NCBI GenBank assembly: GCA_965203295.1
Contig: CBDBCZ010000019.1
Coordinates: 96,001 to 160,000, forward strand
Direction of reading: 5' to 3'
Origin: Nitrospirales bacterium
GTDB lineage: Bacteria > Nitrospirota > Nitrospiria > Nitrospirales > UBA8639
Length of the DNA stretch: 64,000 nt
Shown here: piece after piece, positions 1 through 53,900 of the stretch
Layout of the letters: each line of letters starts with the position of its first letter
Position numbering within the stretch: position 1 is the first letter of the stretch
Translations under genes and position numbers: made by a program
Notes under the pieces: generated by a model
Database searches by the model: none
What the model was told of the DNA's origin: nothing
The model's input: the letters and a program-made list of their open reading frames with translations, nothing else

Positions 1-1831
1 TTTGCAAGCCTGTTGCCGACGCTGTCTTGACAGGCGACGGTAAACGTGGTTTTCTTTTTTGCGATAAAGTGCGCGTTTTCTATGTCATTCACCGTGAATG
101 CATTGGCTTGGGGATCTGTCGCCACCTCTCCGATCATGTTCATCTCCCTGATCCACTTCTCGAAGTCTTCGTTGACGGAAAAACTGATCACGTCATCGTC
201 GTTTGGCTCAAAGGAATGATTCGTGTAATCGCTGCAGAGGGCATGAAGCCGATCTTCTATCTGCGACTGAAGGAAGAGGAACTCAACTGGTAGGCAATGC
301 TCGCGGGCGTCTCTGGCAAGTTTCATGCTCGCTTGCAGCTTGGTCTTTACCCTCCCCAGTTCCTCTAAATGGGTGTCCAATCGCAGTTTCTTTCCCTCTC
401 CGATCTGTTTCACCGTCTGGAGGAGAGTGTCTTTTTGTCTGTCGAGCTCGGCCTTGATTTGATCGCACTGTTGGCAGATCTTCTCTGCAGTGGATCTTTC
501 CGTTTCTTCCAGCCTGGTTTTCGTAGCGCTGACCGTTTCAATCGCTTTTTCAAACTTCTCTTCTGCGCCCTGCATCTGCTTAGCCGCTTCATCGATCTTT
601 CCATGGTACTCGTCTATGATATCTTCGGCAAAGCTGTAGTCGTGCGACTTGTGCATATTGATGGTACAGCGAGGGCAGGTAACCGTATCGCAGGTTTTGC
701 AGTATATCTCCACTTCCTCTCGGCCATGCTTCTCACACTTCCAGGCGTAGTGTCGCACGCCGGTGAACACCTCACTCTCAGTAGCCGTTGGATTGTCTAC
801 GTGCACCACCTTTCCCAGTTGGACGATGGGATGCTTCTCGGTCTTGCGCGATCGCCTGTGAAAGGTATTACAGGTGGAACAGAGGGAATCGTTGCATACG
901 GTGCAGAAGAAAACGGCTTTTTCCTTTCCACACTCTTCGCAGATTACGGGAGCAAACTGTTGGTCTGTGTTTGGACCGTCGGGGACGGTGGCAGCCGTGC
1001 CGGTGACCGTATCCTCCAGCTTGAGGTGCTTTACGAGGTTCTTGAACGGGTAGTTGGTTTTGAGACCCGTGACGCCCTCGGGTGGCAGTTTCACTGGAGT
1101 TGTCGGGTCATTGCATAGGGGACACGTGAGGCCATTTTTTGAGCCGCCCAGTCGTTGACCACTTGGTGGCTGTTTCTGGATGCACTGCTCGAGGCATTTT
1201 GTGCAAAACGAATGCAGACAAGGTAGGATCTATAGTGTAGAGGTACATTTCTGTATTACGTAGCTATAATCATAGCAAGAGTCTGCACACGCGGCTATAG
1301 CTACATGTACTATAATATAATTTTTCAAAGCATACTCTCTATGAAGGAATATAAAATAAAAAAAATAGAAGAGCCTGCTAATGTAATTGCAGACAGCTGT
1401 TTGGGCCTCATCAGTACATTGTACGGTGTAGCACCTGTTCTATACGTAGCCTGTGAAGGCTGGTCCAAAAACGAATTATTGTGAGTATAGGTGTTGAAAC
1501 ACATGTATATAACCAAGAAAAAAAATCGTTAGCTCTATTACCACACTCTCACCCTATCCCTCTTCTCTTATATTCCTTATTCTCTCTCCATATAATCTTA
1601 TCCTTTTGTACATATTGTATTCTTTTATGTGGTCTCATAGGCCGTATTTGGCCTGCTGCCATGTGGTGGGACGTAAAAATGATTATCTATCTATCTATCT
1701 ATCTATAGGGAATGCTTGCATGTGAGGGCACACTATTATTATCGTACCTTCGGTTCCTCGAAGAGGCTCTTGCAGATGGTGCAGGTCAGCTCCTGTCGAA
1801 TCTTGCTCAGAGCTGTGCTGCCGGAGGCCAT
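1..1831 (-). CDS. TRIM-family E3 ligase (RING, B-box x2, coiled coil, start of filamin/Ig domain; TRIM45/TRIM2/3/TRIM71-like), 3' part beyond window start
   Basis: Exon 1 1831-1748 MASGSTALSKIRQELTCTICKSLFEEPK|GT. Exon 2 1229-<1 ILPCLHSFCTKCLEQ...CPLC completes the RING, then CEECGKEKAVFFCTVCNDSLCSTCNTFH (B-box 1), CEKHGREEVEIYCKTCDTVTCPRCTINMHKSH (B-box 2), a coiled coil and TTFTVACQDSVGNR (filamin-like). The frame stays open to the window edge, which probably explains its absence from the ORF track. Confidence 0.9.
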
Positions 1832-1861
1832 GACTGCAAGCGTTCCTGTAGGTGGGAGGGG

Positions 1862-2096
1862 CTGGTAACTGCATGCCGATCGTACCAGCCCCTCCCTCCT
1901 ACACAACGCCTTACAGCTGCTGCACGTAGGAGAGGCACGCCAAGAATTTAACTCTTTACCAACCAATGACGCATATACTGGTAACTGCATGCCGATCGTA
2001 CCAGCCCCTCCCTCCTACACAACGCCTTACAGCTGCTGCACGTAGGAGAGGCACGCCAAGAATTTAACTCTTTACCATACCAATGACGTTATATAC
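1862..2096. repeat. ~116-bp direct tandem duplication upstream of the TRIM start codon
   Basis: ctggtaactgcatgccgatcg...ctctttacca..ccaatgacg occurs at ~1862-1977 and ~1978-2096. Confidence 0.9.
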
Positions 2097-2286
2097 TTTA
2101 TGTGTTATGTATAATACGGGACAGACAGAAAGACAGACAGACAGACAGACAGAGAAAATATAATTATGAGCTCCCATAAGCGCTAAGCCCATATGAATTT
2201 ATATGGGGGTTTAATACTAGGCGTTAATACTTTGTACAGGCTTTTCTGCTTCTTTAAGCTGTTTCTTATGGTTGGTAAAGGGTTAA
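2064..2286. mobile_element. piggyBac-like MITE (TTAA flanks)
   Basis: ttaa-ctctttacca ... tggtaaaggg-ttaa. The internal taggcgttaata motif recurs at ~50810-50880, ~51180-51260 and 55059-55205. Confidence 0.55.
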
Positions 2287-3683
2287 TATTTAGCTCCACG
2301 CTCTTTTACGGTAGCATAGGTACTATATTATATCTATGACAGTATGAAGGCGGTTTCGCCAAAGATTAAAGTGCTTATTTATATCTACACGTGTAAGTAT
2401 GGTTTTGCAATACAGGCCCATACATATGGACAGTACACATATATACATACACTGTCATAACTACCATATAAACATACTAAAGGGTCATAACTCAGACTGG
2501 ACTGGATATTAAAAGAAAATGAAACAGAAATACTGTACAAAGGGGCTACATGTGAATATATTACAGTTGAAACTAAAACCCCATATTTAAATGCAAAGGA
2601 GGCTTGAAAATTTAAACGAAACATGCAACCAGTTGCTTTGCCTTGCCAATGAAGGATCTTTTGTTGTCTAACTGATGCCTTACAAGTATGCACAAGTCAA
2701 GTAGAGAGTACCTTCCATTCCACTAGCCTCCATCATCAGAGTACATCTACTGTCAATGCTTCCATACACTCCCCTAAGCTCTCAAGCCTGCATCATTCTC
2801 CTAGTTACCACTGGAATGTAGCGCCTGTAAATTCTACCTGGACAACTGGCAGCCTCTTTGTGGTATTTTCAGACCGTACGTAGTGATTTAAAGAACACAT
2901 TGAAATACCCGTTGCAATTTAATACTCTTTTATTGGCTTCCCAACTTCATGCACACAGCTATCGTTGTGTTGGCAGTAGAAGTATACATGACATTGTACA
3001 GCAGCCCCCAGTGGCTGACCTACAGTATATTAATTGACTCAGAAGTTTATCAGGCCACATACATGTACGTACAGGGAGTTATAGGGTATCACAAGTGCAT
3101 ATGGTCTGTTTTATGTGGCAGAGAGTTGAGAATTTGTGCTGCGGAATTATCCAAATATCACGTACAGGCCTCCAACCAGCCAGCAAGCTTCTCCTCTTGC
3201 TGGAAGGAGAGTGTCTGGTGTGCACCAATTGGATCCGGGCCCTGCTCCACGTTTTGACAGTAAAATGAACTTGCAATTGATTGCCTACTGCACTTGCAAT
3301 ACTTTCAAGACTTGTTATTCTCCCCTTCAGGCTTGATAGCTAAAACATAGTGTTGTTTTAGATAACTAAAACTAAAAACGAAGTGTTTTAGTAAGAGCAA
3401 AAAAAAAAAGACTTAAAGGTGGGAATAAACTACTGCACCAAAATTAGCCATTTAGTTCTGGTTAAATGATATTAACAATGTTTTAGTAATCCTCTTTTTA
3501 TTTTAGTTGGCTAACTAAAATTATTAAACATTCGTTCTTATTAGCTAGAAAAAATAGAAATCTGAGTACAAGAAATTCGAAATAACAAGCAACACATGAC
3601 CAGTTTTCAAACACAATTGAGTCTACCAGCTAGCTAGTGCTACAGCCCTAGCCTCGTTCCCAAGCCAGCGCTGCCTAGCAATT

Positions 3684-9301
<5,618 letters not shown>

Positions 9302-9449
9302 ACTTTATTGCAGTGCTGGTCTCGTTCCCATGCTCCTGCAGAACTGGAATGAGACACAGAGCTCTATTCTGGCGGGTTCACCGCGTACCGAGGTGCAGTA
9401 CAGAAAAGAAGCTGCTCCGATATTCGGCGATCGTAGGCGAAACGGCGCT
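9302..9449. promoter_or_regulatory. Probable bidirectional promoter ALDH8A1/CEP97
   Basis: Divergent ATGs at 9301 (-) and 9450 (+) are separated by only 148 bp. Confidence 0.7.
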
Positions 9450-37476
<28,027 letters not shown>

Positions 37477-38939
37477 CCGGTGGGGACTGCAGCTGTGTAG
37501 GCAACCGCTCATAATGTGCATCACTTGTACCTGTACATGCATGTACATACTGTTGATCACCATGTATACACACTGGGTGATAGGAGTCTTTAATTAGAAT
37601 GGTCTCCTCTCAAATTGAGTATACAGAGGGACCTTCATAATAGACCCTTTACCAATGGGGTGGGGGTGGGGGTGGGTGGGTAAAATTTGACATGGAAACA
37701 TGCATGTTCTTGTTTAAATTTACACAAAAGCACAAAAACATGGCTTGTTTTCATGTATTTTCTCCATTTAGTGCCCCCTTTTACTTCCCCCCCCCCCATT
37801 ACATCATATTTGCACCATTATGAAATTAGTGTTCATTTAGTGCATTCTGTATTTTATGATGCACATTCTATAGGTCCATAAACTGTGTGGTGCTATATAC
37901 ACATGTACCATATGACTGGTTTTAATGTATCTAACTCTATTATAGCCCTCACTGAAACTAGCCATAAGCCTAAACCCTTTAGTCCTAAATATGGATATTT
38001 ATAAAGTGGTGTTTATGAAATGTGCACCAACATATTTTATATCTTAGCAACAGAAAATTATATTACCAGTATTATTGTTGTAAATCCTCGGAAAAACTTA
38101 GCATTGCCTTATGCCATAGGCCCTGCATTAATTTACCACACCATCTTAATTAGATATCATAGCCATAATTTCAGTTTTGTTCTTATTAAAATAATCATTA
38201 TTCCACAAAGGGAGTATTTAGGGTACACACAGAATGGCAATTTGCTACATGTACTGAGGCCTATGTATAGTACAAGAAAAATAGATCACATGGTTAAGTC
38301 TAGCAAAAAGTATAACGCCTACTACTATATTGGGAAAGGACTACAAATTTTAGACATCACACTGACACAGACATAAACAGCTAGTTATTACTCGTACACA
38401 ACAATATTAAAAATATCCAGTTTATATCAGTGGCTCTGTCGGATGATAGTGTCAGGTTAAACCTGTTATCTGTTCTGTCAACAAAAAAAAAAAACGTAGC
38501 GCTTAGAGCTTTTCCTGTATTGGTGGTCATACCAAATAGTGATTCTGTATCAGTGAAGCACTCTTCGTGCCTTTGTCAGTCGAAGGAAAAAAAGTGAGAA
38601 ATGGAAAGATGAGAGAGAGAGGAGAGTGTTTGCAAATTGTTGAAGGTCGGTATTTCATAGGAGTCTCTTGGCTTGTTATGTATTACTGTTGTGGTTGTGT
38701 AGTATCCGAAAGATACGTACAGTGATCGAGTTCTGTAACTCCTGGTTTTTTCATCGTGTCATTCCGGAGAGCTTGTGTCCTCGCGGAACGGTTAACTGGT
38801 CGCCTCCGTTACGTAGTGGAGGATTTCCAGTCAGTGTAGGTCTCGATACAGTGGCGCAGTGGCGACTGTTGAAGTAAAAAAAACCTTTCCAGTTATTGTA
38901 GTTTTTTGTAATCCCGTATCCTAGTTCAGTTGTAACAGT

Positions 38940-47480
<8,541 letters not shown>

Positions 47481-47941
47481 TTTCTTTTCTTCAAACAGGT
47501 GACGCTGTCACTTGGCAGTGTGATCGCAAATTGAAGTTGCAAATCGGCGCAAATTTGAATTTCCCCAAAAAAAATCGAACACAAGTTCCTTCGCGCCCGA
47601 GAGAAACAACAGCTAGCTAGTAGCTATTTTCGCTGCGAAAAAGTGTTTCACAGCACAATAAATTATTCTTCACGAGAAAAAAAAAGTCGACAGTACAGTA
47701 ACACACACTAGAACTTGAGAGAAGATAGAGAGCGCTAGAAGAGAGACAGAAAGTGCAAGAGAGGCACTCGACTGGTGCATGAAAGGCAAGTGTCGTATAT
47801 TAAAACGTGTCGACAGTTGACCGCAATTGCGTAACGCGCGCATTCCGATCGAGTGTCCGCACGTGTACTGCGTCGGGTCAATTAACAAAGGCGGTAATTA
47901 AACATCGCTATTTGTAGGGTTTTCCCCAGTACGCATGGAGG
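47481..47941. promoter_or_regulatory. Divergent promoter region Hey/HDDC2
   Basis: ATGs at 47480 (-) and 47942 (+); CpG-rich, with a CACGTG E-box near 47860. Confidence 0.65.
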
Positions 47942-50900
47942 ATGGCCACCGGATCCGGCTCTATTAAGAATCTCTTCAGCTTCTTCCAGCTCTGCGGGAG
48001 ATTGAAGGTACCTATAGCCACATGGAATCATAGTTTTTGGAGTGACCCGTCTCCGTTCCATGCAACAGGGTCTGTATAATTTTAAGGGGGTGTCTCGTTT
48101 CCAGTTCACTGAAAGGAAACTTTTCTTTAGTAGCCATGATTTGGAGTCACATAGTCACAACACTGAATCAATCTCGCAAGCTAATTTTGACAAGGCAGAG
48201 GTAAATTTAGTATGCGAGCTAACAGATTGACTACACAAGCATCATCTCACAGCCAGGTCGCCATTCCATGCATCCGCATGGCCTGGGAATGAGACTGGAA
48301 CTGCGGTGGGACACCTCTAAGGTGGCCACCTTGGGGACCTGGTAAAGTGTCCCTTAAGTCAAATTGGGACGCAGCAAAGTACAGAAGTGTCCTTATTTCA
48401 GGGGTGTCCTTTAATTTAAATTAAGAGGGGTTCCACTGTAATTCCAGGTGAACAATTATGGGTGGGACACAAAACTGTACCTCAAGTGCCATGACACATT
48501 TTGAACATCACTAACATTAAATTTTGTAGCGCTACATATCTGCTGCTACAAACCATACACTAGCACACCTTCATTTTCTAAGACTAATGCATAGCCTATG
48601 GAGAATGGTTGCTCGGTAACAGAAGTGTGATGCCAATGGGGTCTGTATCTCGGACTTGTGTTCGAGTACTGCCACACGCGTGTTTCCGAACAAACCTGTA
48701 ACATCTGGCTGAGCAGATGCCTGAGGTCATTCAGCATTGCTGCCGACTAAAGTTTCTACCTGGAAGGGTGTATGCTGACACGTTTCGTGTGTGTGTTACA
48801 GCTGTATGGCCATTTGTCTTGAATTGCGACGTGAATGGTGAATGGCTCTGTTGTGTAACTGTTTTCAATAGTGCTCTATGTTGCTACCATAGCACTTCAA
48901 TTACAGCATTGATTGAACACTAGGCAGACTCCCTAAATTAGGGTTGAGTGCAGTCTAATTTTACACACTACTCCTTTTACTGAAATGCAGTGGAGTCCCT
49001 CTTAAAGGACGCACCTGAAATAAGGGCACATGTATATTAAGGACACTTTGCAGTGTCCCAAATATGCAAAGCTATAAGCATAAAGAGCTGACAAGCCATC
49101 AATTGCCAGATCAAACCTAATACCCAGGATCAACATAAATTAAAAGGGGCTACATGTGTGTACTATATAGCCCCCAGGGCTACAGTGTGTGACCTAAGAG
49201 TTAAGGGGTGTGGTCTTAGTGCTATATGGTATACTAACCTCAGGGCTAAGGGATGGGGTCTCAGGCCTAAGTGGTGTACTAGCCTCAGGACTAAGGGGGT
49301 GTGGTCTCAGGCCTAAGTGATATACTAGCCTCTGGTCTATAGGGTGTAACCTCAAGACTAAGGGATGTGGTCTCAGGGCTAAGGGGTGTGGCCTCAGGGC
49401 TAAGGGATGTGGTCTCAGGGCTAAGGGATGTGGTCTCAGGGCTTAGGGTGTACTAACCTCAAGTCTATGGGGTGTAAACTCAAGGCTAAGGGATGTGGTC
49501 TCAAGGCTAAGGGGTGTACTAGCCTCTGGTCTATGGGGTGTAACCCTAAGGGATGTGGTCTCAGGGCTAAGGGATGTGGTCTCAGGGCTTAGGGGTGTAC
49601 TAGCCTCAAGTCTATGGGGTGTAAGGTCAGGTCTAAGGAATATGCTCTCAAGGCTAAGGGGTGTACTAGCCTCTGGTCTATGGGGTGTAACCCTAAGGGA
49701 TGTGGTGTCAGGGCTAAGGGATGTGGTCTCAGGGCTTAGGGGTGTACTAGCCTCAAGTCTATGGGGTGTAAGGTCAGGTCTAAGGAATATGCTCTCAAGG
49801 CTAAGGGGTGTGGCCTCAATGCTATGGGATGTAGTCTCAGGGCTAAGGGGTGTGGCCTCAAGGCTAAGGGTCTGTTAAAGAGCTGTTGTTCCCCTCTTTC
49901 GCAGCACCTGAAGAGGACAGGATGGGTCCATCATAACGTCCAAGATCCGGAAACGGTGTCGGGTCACATGTACAGAATGGCCATGATGGCTTTCCTGTTT
50001 GGAGGATCCAGCGACCCTGACATCAGCAGTGAGAGGTGAGGAACGGTTAGCTAGTGGAGAGAGACCTGACTAACTTATTGTGCTCAGCTCTCGCCTAGTC
50101 TTGCTAACCTGGTACAGTGGAACCCCTCTAATGTGGACACCTTGGGGACTTGGTAAAGCGTCCTGTATAGAGAGATGTACTCATTTCGGGGGTAGGTTTA
50201 CATAAAAGAAAGCATATTTGGGACACGGTAAAGTGTTCTTAATACAGTGGTGTTCTTATTTTGGGGGTGTCCTTCAAGAGGAATTCCACTGTACAGTATA
50301 CTTGTATTAGCTTTCAGTTATGCTATCTTCAACCTATGGATGTTCAGAACTCAATTACACCTCCTAATCTGAAAGGTTCTGTGCACTGTATGTATCCCCC
50401 CAACTGGGTGTCCTTAAAGAGGAGTTCCACTGTAGTGTCCCATTCATCTTCTGGAATGTGCCAGTACTGAAGTGATCCACTCACTGGAAAGTCTCTTTAC
50501 TTTAAGGCGCTACTATTCTAGGTGCATCAAGATTGCTCTGGTGCACGATCTGGCTGAAAGCATTGTGGGCGATCTTACTTTAAGGCACTCCTCCTATTCT
50601 AGGTGCATCAAGATTGCTCTGGTGCATGATCTGGCCGAGAGCATTGTTGGCGATCTCACTCCCTCGTGTGGAGTCAGCAAAGAGGAGAAGTTCGCGAGAG
50701 AAAAGGTACTCCTTGTCATTTTTTTTGGAAGTGTAGAGTTTAATTTTAGCTCTGAGTAGCTGTAGAGTACTGCTATAGCTTCGTACCTAGCCCGGGTTTA
50801 TCTTGTAGCTATTCCTTTCACCGGTGACTTTCTACATTATATGAATTTAAATGGGTTCTTTTATATTAGGCGTTAATACAATATTCAGTACAGTACATGT

Positions 50901-53900
50901 TTTTGTGAGGGACAGATCTTTCCCTATACCGGTGAAATGGCTAATGGAGAATAGTTTTCCAGTAGTTACAAGACTGTATTTTGCGGCCACAACTGGGCTT
51001 AAAGGACTGGGTAATGGCTAGATTATAGGTGTAGCGATTAATCCAGACTCACACTCTGCACCCCTTCTAATTAAGCAAAGTTGTGAGGCTTTTAAAGGTA
51101 ATTGCTCAGCTTGGTATGAGTATACATGTACTACCAAATAAAAAAAATCTGTACATGTCTACAACCTGCATTTTATTTTAACCCTTTCACCGGTACAGCC
51201 CTGCTTCCATATAAGGCCCATAACAATTTATATGGTGATTTTCTATTAGGCGTTAATATAAAGTATGGCCTTTGTTTTGTTTCTTTGGGCAGTAGAGTGG
51301 CCTATCCATGTGAAATGGTTGACGTGCGAATCTGTTTTACCAAACCTCAAGCTGTATTTCTCTTCTGGTATTTCAGGCTGCCATGGAGCACATCAAAACT
51401 TTACTACCTGATGAGGTAATACCAACACAATAATATGCTGCCACTGAAATGAAGTCTCATGAGTACCATTTCTTTGCTACATTCACTGAGTATATACATG
51501 TAGCAGGGTACAGTATAATATTATGGAGTATGACGAGGTAATACCAACACAGCAATATGCTGCTACTGAAATGAAGTCTCATGAGTACCATTTCTTTGCT
51601 ACATTCACTGAGTATATACATGTAGCAGGGTACAGTATAATATTACAGAGTACGATATCTGCCGCATGCTGGAGTCTGCAGATTTGTGAATAGATTTGTA
51701 CGGGAGTGATAAATGCCATCACACAGCTAAAATAGAAATGTCATCTTAACTAGTGGGTTGTTGTTTGAGTTTCAACACACCACAAACATGGATACAGATT
51801 GAATGCTGTGGGTCAAGAATGTGAAAGCATTTACCAATACAGATGATTAAAGAGCATCGCTAAGGTGAATTTATGTAGAGGAGGCAGAGGGAGACTCAGA
51901 GAAAAATAATGGTGCTGCAATTATCCATGCATGTTATAACTCAAACAACATCCCACTAGTCTATATGGTAATTCTATTTTAACAGTGTGCAGCTTTGAAA
52001 GCTGTCGACTTCTGCTGTCTGCCAACATCAGTACCAATCAGATTGCAGAACAAAATCACATGAAAACGTATCGTACTGGTGGGTACCGTGTATAAAACGC
52101 TGCATCCGACCGTGTAAGGTAGCATACATACGCAGCTGTCCGCAGCAGTACTAGTGTAGCGCAAGGAGATGAATTTAGTCGCGGCTGATGATCTGTTATT
52201 CCACGGAGGTGCATAGACCCTTCCTCATGTTTACTGTGGCCACCCTGCAGCTGTTGTTATTGTTTTTTTTTTGGCTTAATTGGTGCATTATAGAAGTGAG
52301 TACACAGATGAAGTGACTAGCCTCATTCCGAATCTCCATTCCCAGTCTCCAATAGGAGAGATCTCGGACTGAGACTTATGAACTGCTCTGAAGTGCATTC
52401 TCAGATGAAGTGACTAGCCTCATTCCGAATCTCCATTCCCAGTCTCCAATAGGAGAGATCTCGGACTGAGACTTATGAACTGCTCTGAAGTGCATACACA
52501 GATGAAGTGACTAGCCTCATTCCGAATCTCCATTCCCAGTCTCCAATAGGAGAGATCTCGGACTGAGACCTCTGAACTGCTCTGAAGTGCATACACAGAT
52601 GGAGTGACTAGCCTCATTCCCAATCTCCATTCCCAGTCTCCATTCCATTCCCAGAGTAGTAGAGTCCTGGGATTGAGACTTATGAACTGTTCCGCGCCAG
52701 TGTAGATATAAACATGCATGCACGATAGCTTCTGTTCTTGCTGTATTGACACAGCCATGATGCAAACTAAATTCATCACTACATTACGTCTACAGTCATT
52801 CATGGACCTGATTAGGCTATGGCATTACTGCGTCAATGCATGCCCATATATGGATTTCAGCTATATGTATATAGCTAGCTAGTGTAGTGAACAAATGACT
52901 ATTCCCATGTGGCATCAGATGACTATAATTACTATACTACCTTACTATAAATATTGCATTTTCCCATGCTTGTTCGATCTTGCCCACCTTTATTTGCTAT
53001 GCATGCACGAGAACATTTATTGTGTAACTATCAGGAAATGCATTGCATTCCTTTTCCTTGTGTAGCATTGGCCTGTCTGAACGTGTTCTAGCTTTTTCCA
53101 AATATGGAATCTACTGCTGACTCGTGTACTTTGTGGGAGGGTATAAAAGCTACTGTGTTTAGCTTTTGAAGTAGTTGGTGACAGTTGCTACACTGTGGAG
53201 ATTGGGTTACATAGCATTGTGTATAGCCAAATCGCCATTATTGTAGGGTGAATGCGTGCATTGTGACCAGTACAGTGTGTGTATACTAGTGAAGTGTAGC
53301 ATTGTGTTCACTGTAAAAGCATTCTACAAAGTCTATCCCGTGGTATGGATGAAGAACGTGAAGGGATATGCAACAGAGTCATTTTTCAGGAACTGGCTCC
53401 TGTTGAGCTGCAGTGGGTTGCTTCCCAGTGGGATAGAAGTGGAGTAGTGACTGCTAGCAGTGTAGCAGACTCTGATGCAGCTCTTCAGTGTCAGTGCTCT
53501 CATGAAGAATACTACAACTGCAGTTTACTGTGCAAGTTGCTAGCCCACGTGCAGAGACCAGACTTAGTGGAGCTAGTGATGCAGGAAGTCCATTCAATGA
53601 CCACGACCCTCCCCGTTTCTCATGCTTTGGAGATCAGTCCCTCTTCCTTCCAAGTCTCAGCACAGCTACTCTACTTCAAACTCTGCCATTTTTCCCACCT
53701 CCACCTCCAGTGTTACCTTGATATGAACCTGAAATGTGCTTGCACTGGTATTGAGAACTATACAGCAGTTCTTGGGCTGTCAAGCAGTTGCACTTGCTTA
53801 CCATCAAACGATGCTCGACTGCTTCTTTCGAAACTTATGCAAAATAAGCTTGAACTTAGGAACTGTGGATACACATTTCTTGCCTTTTTTGATAGCAAGG

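Noticed and set aside
1..200. Possible frameshift or pseudogenisation at the 3' end of the TRIM exon
   Set aside because: Recounting the homopolymers shows the frame stays open to the window edge.
369..1118. 249-aa plus-strand ORF
   Set aside because: It is the antisense shadow of TRIM exon 2, which carries recognisable domains on the minus strand.
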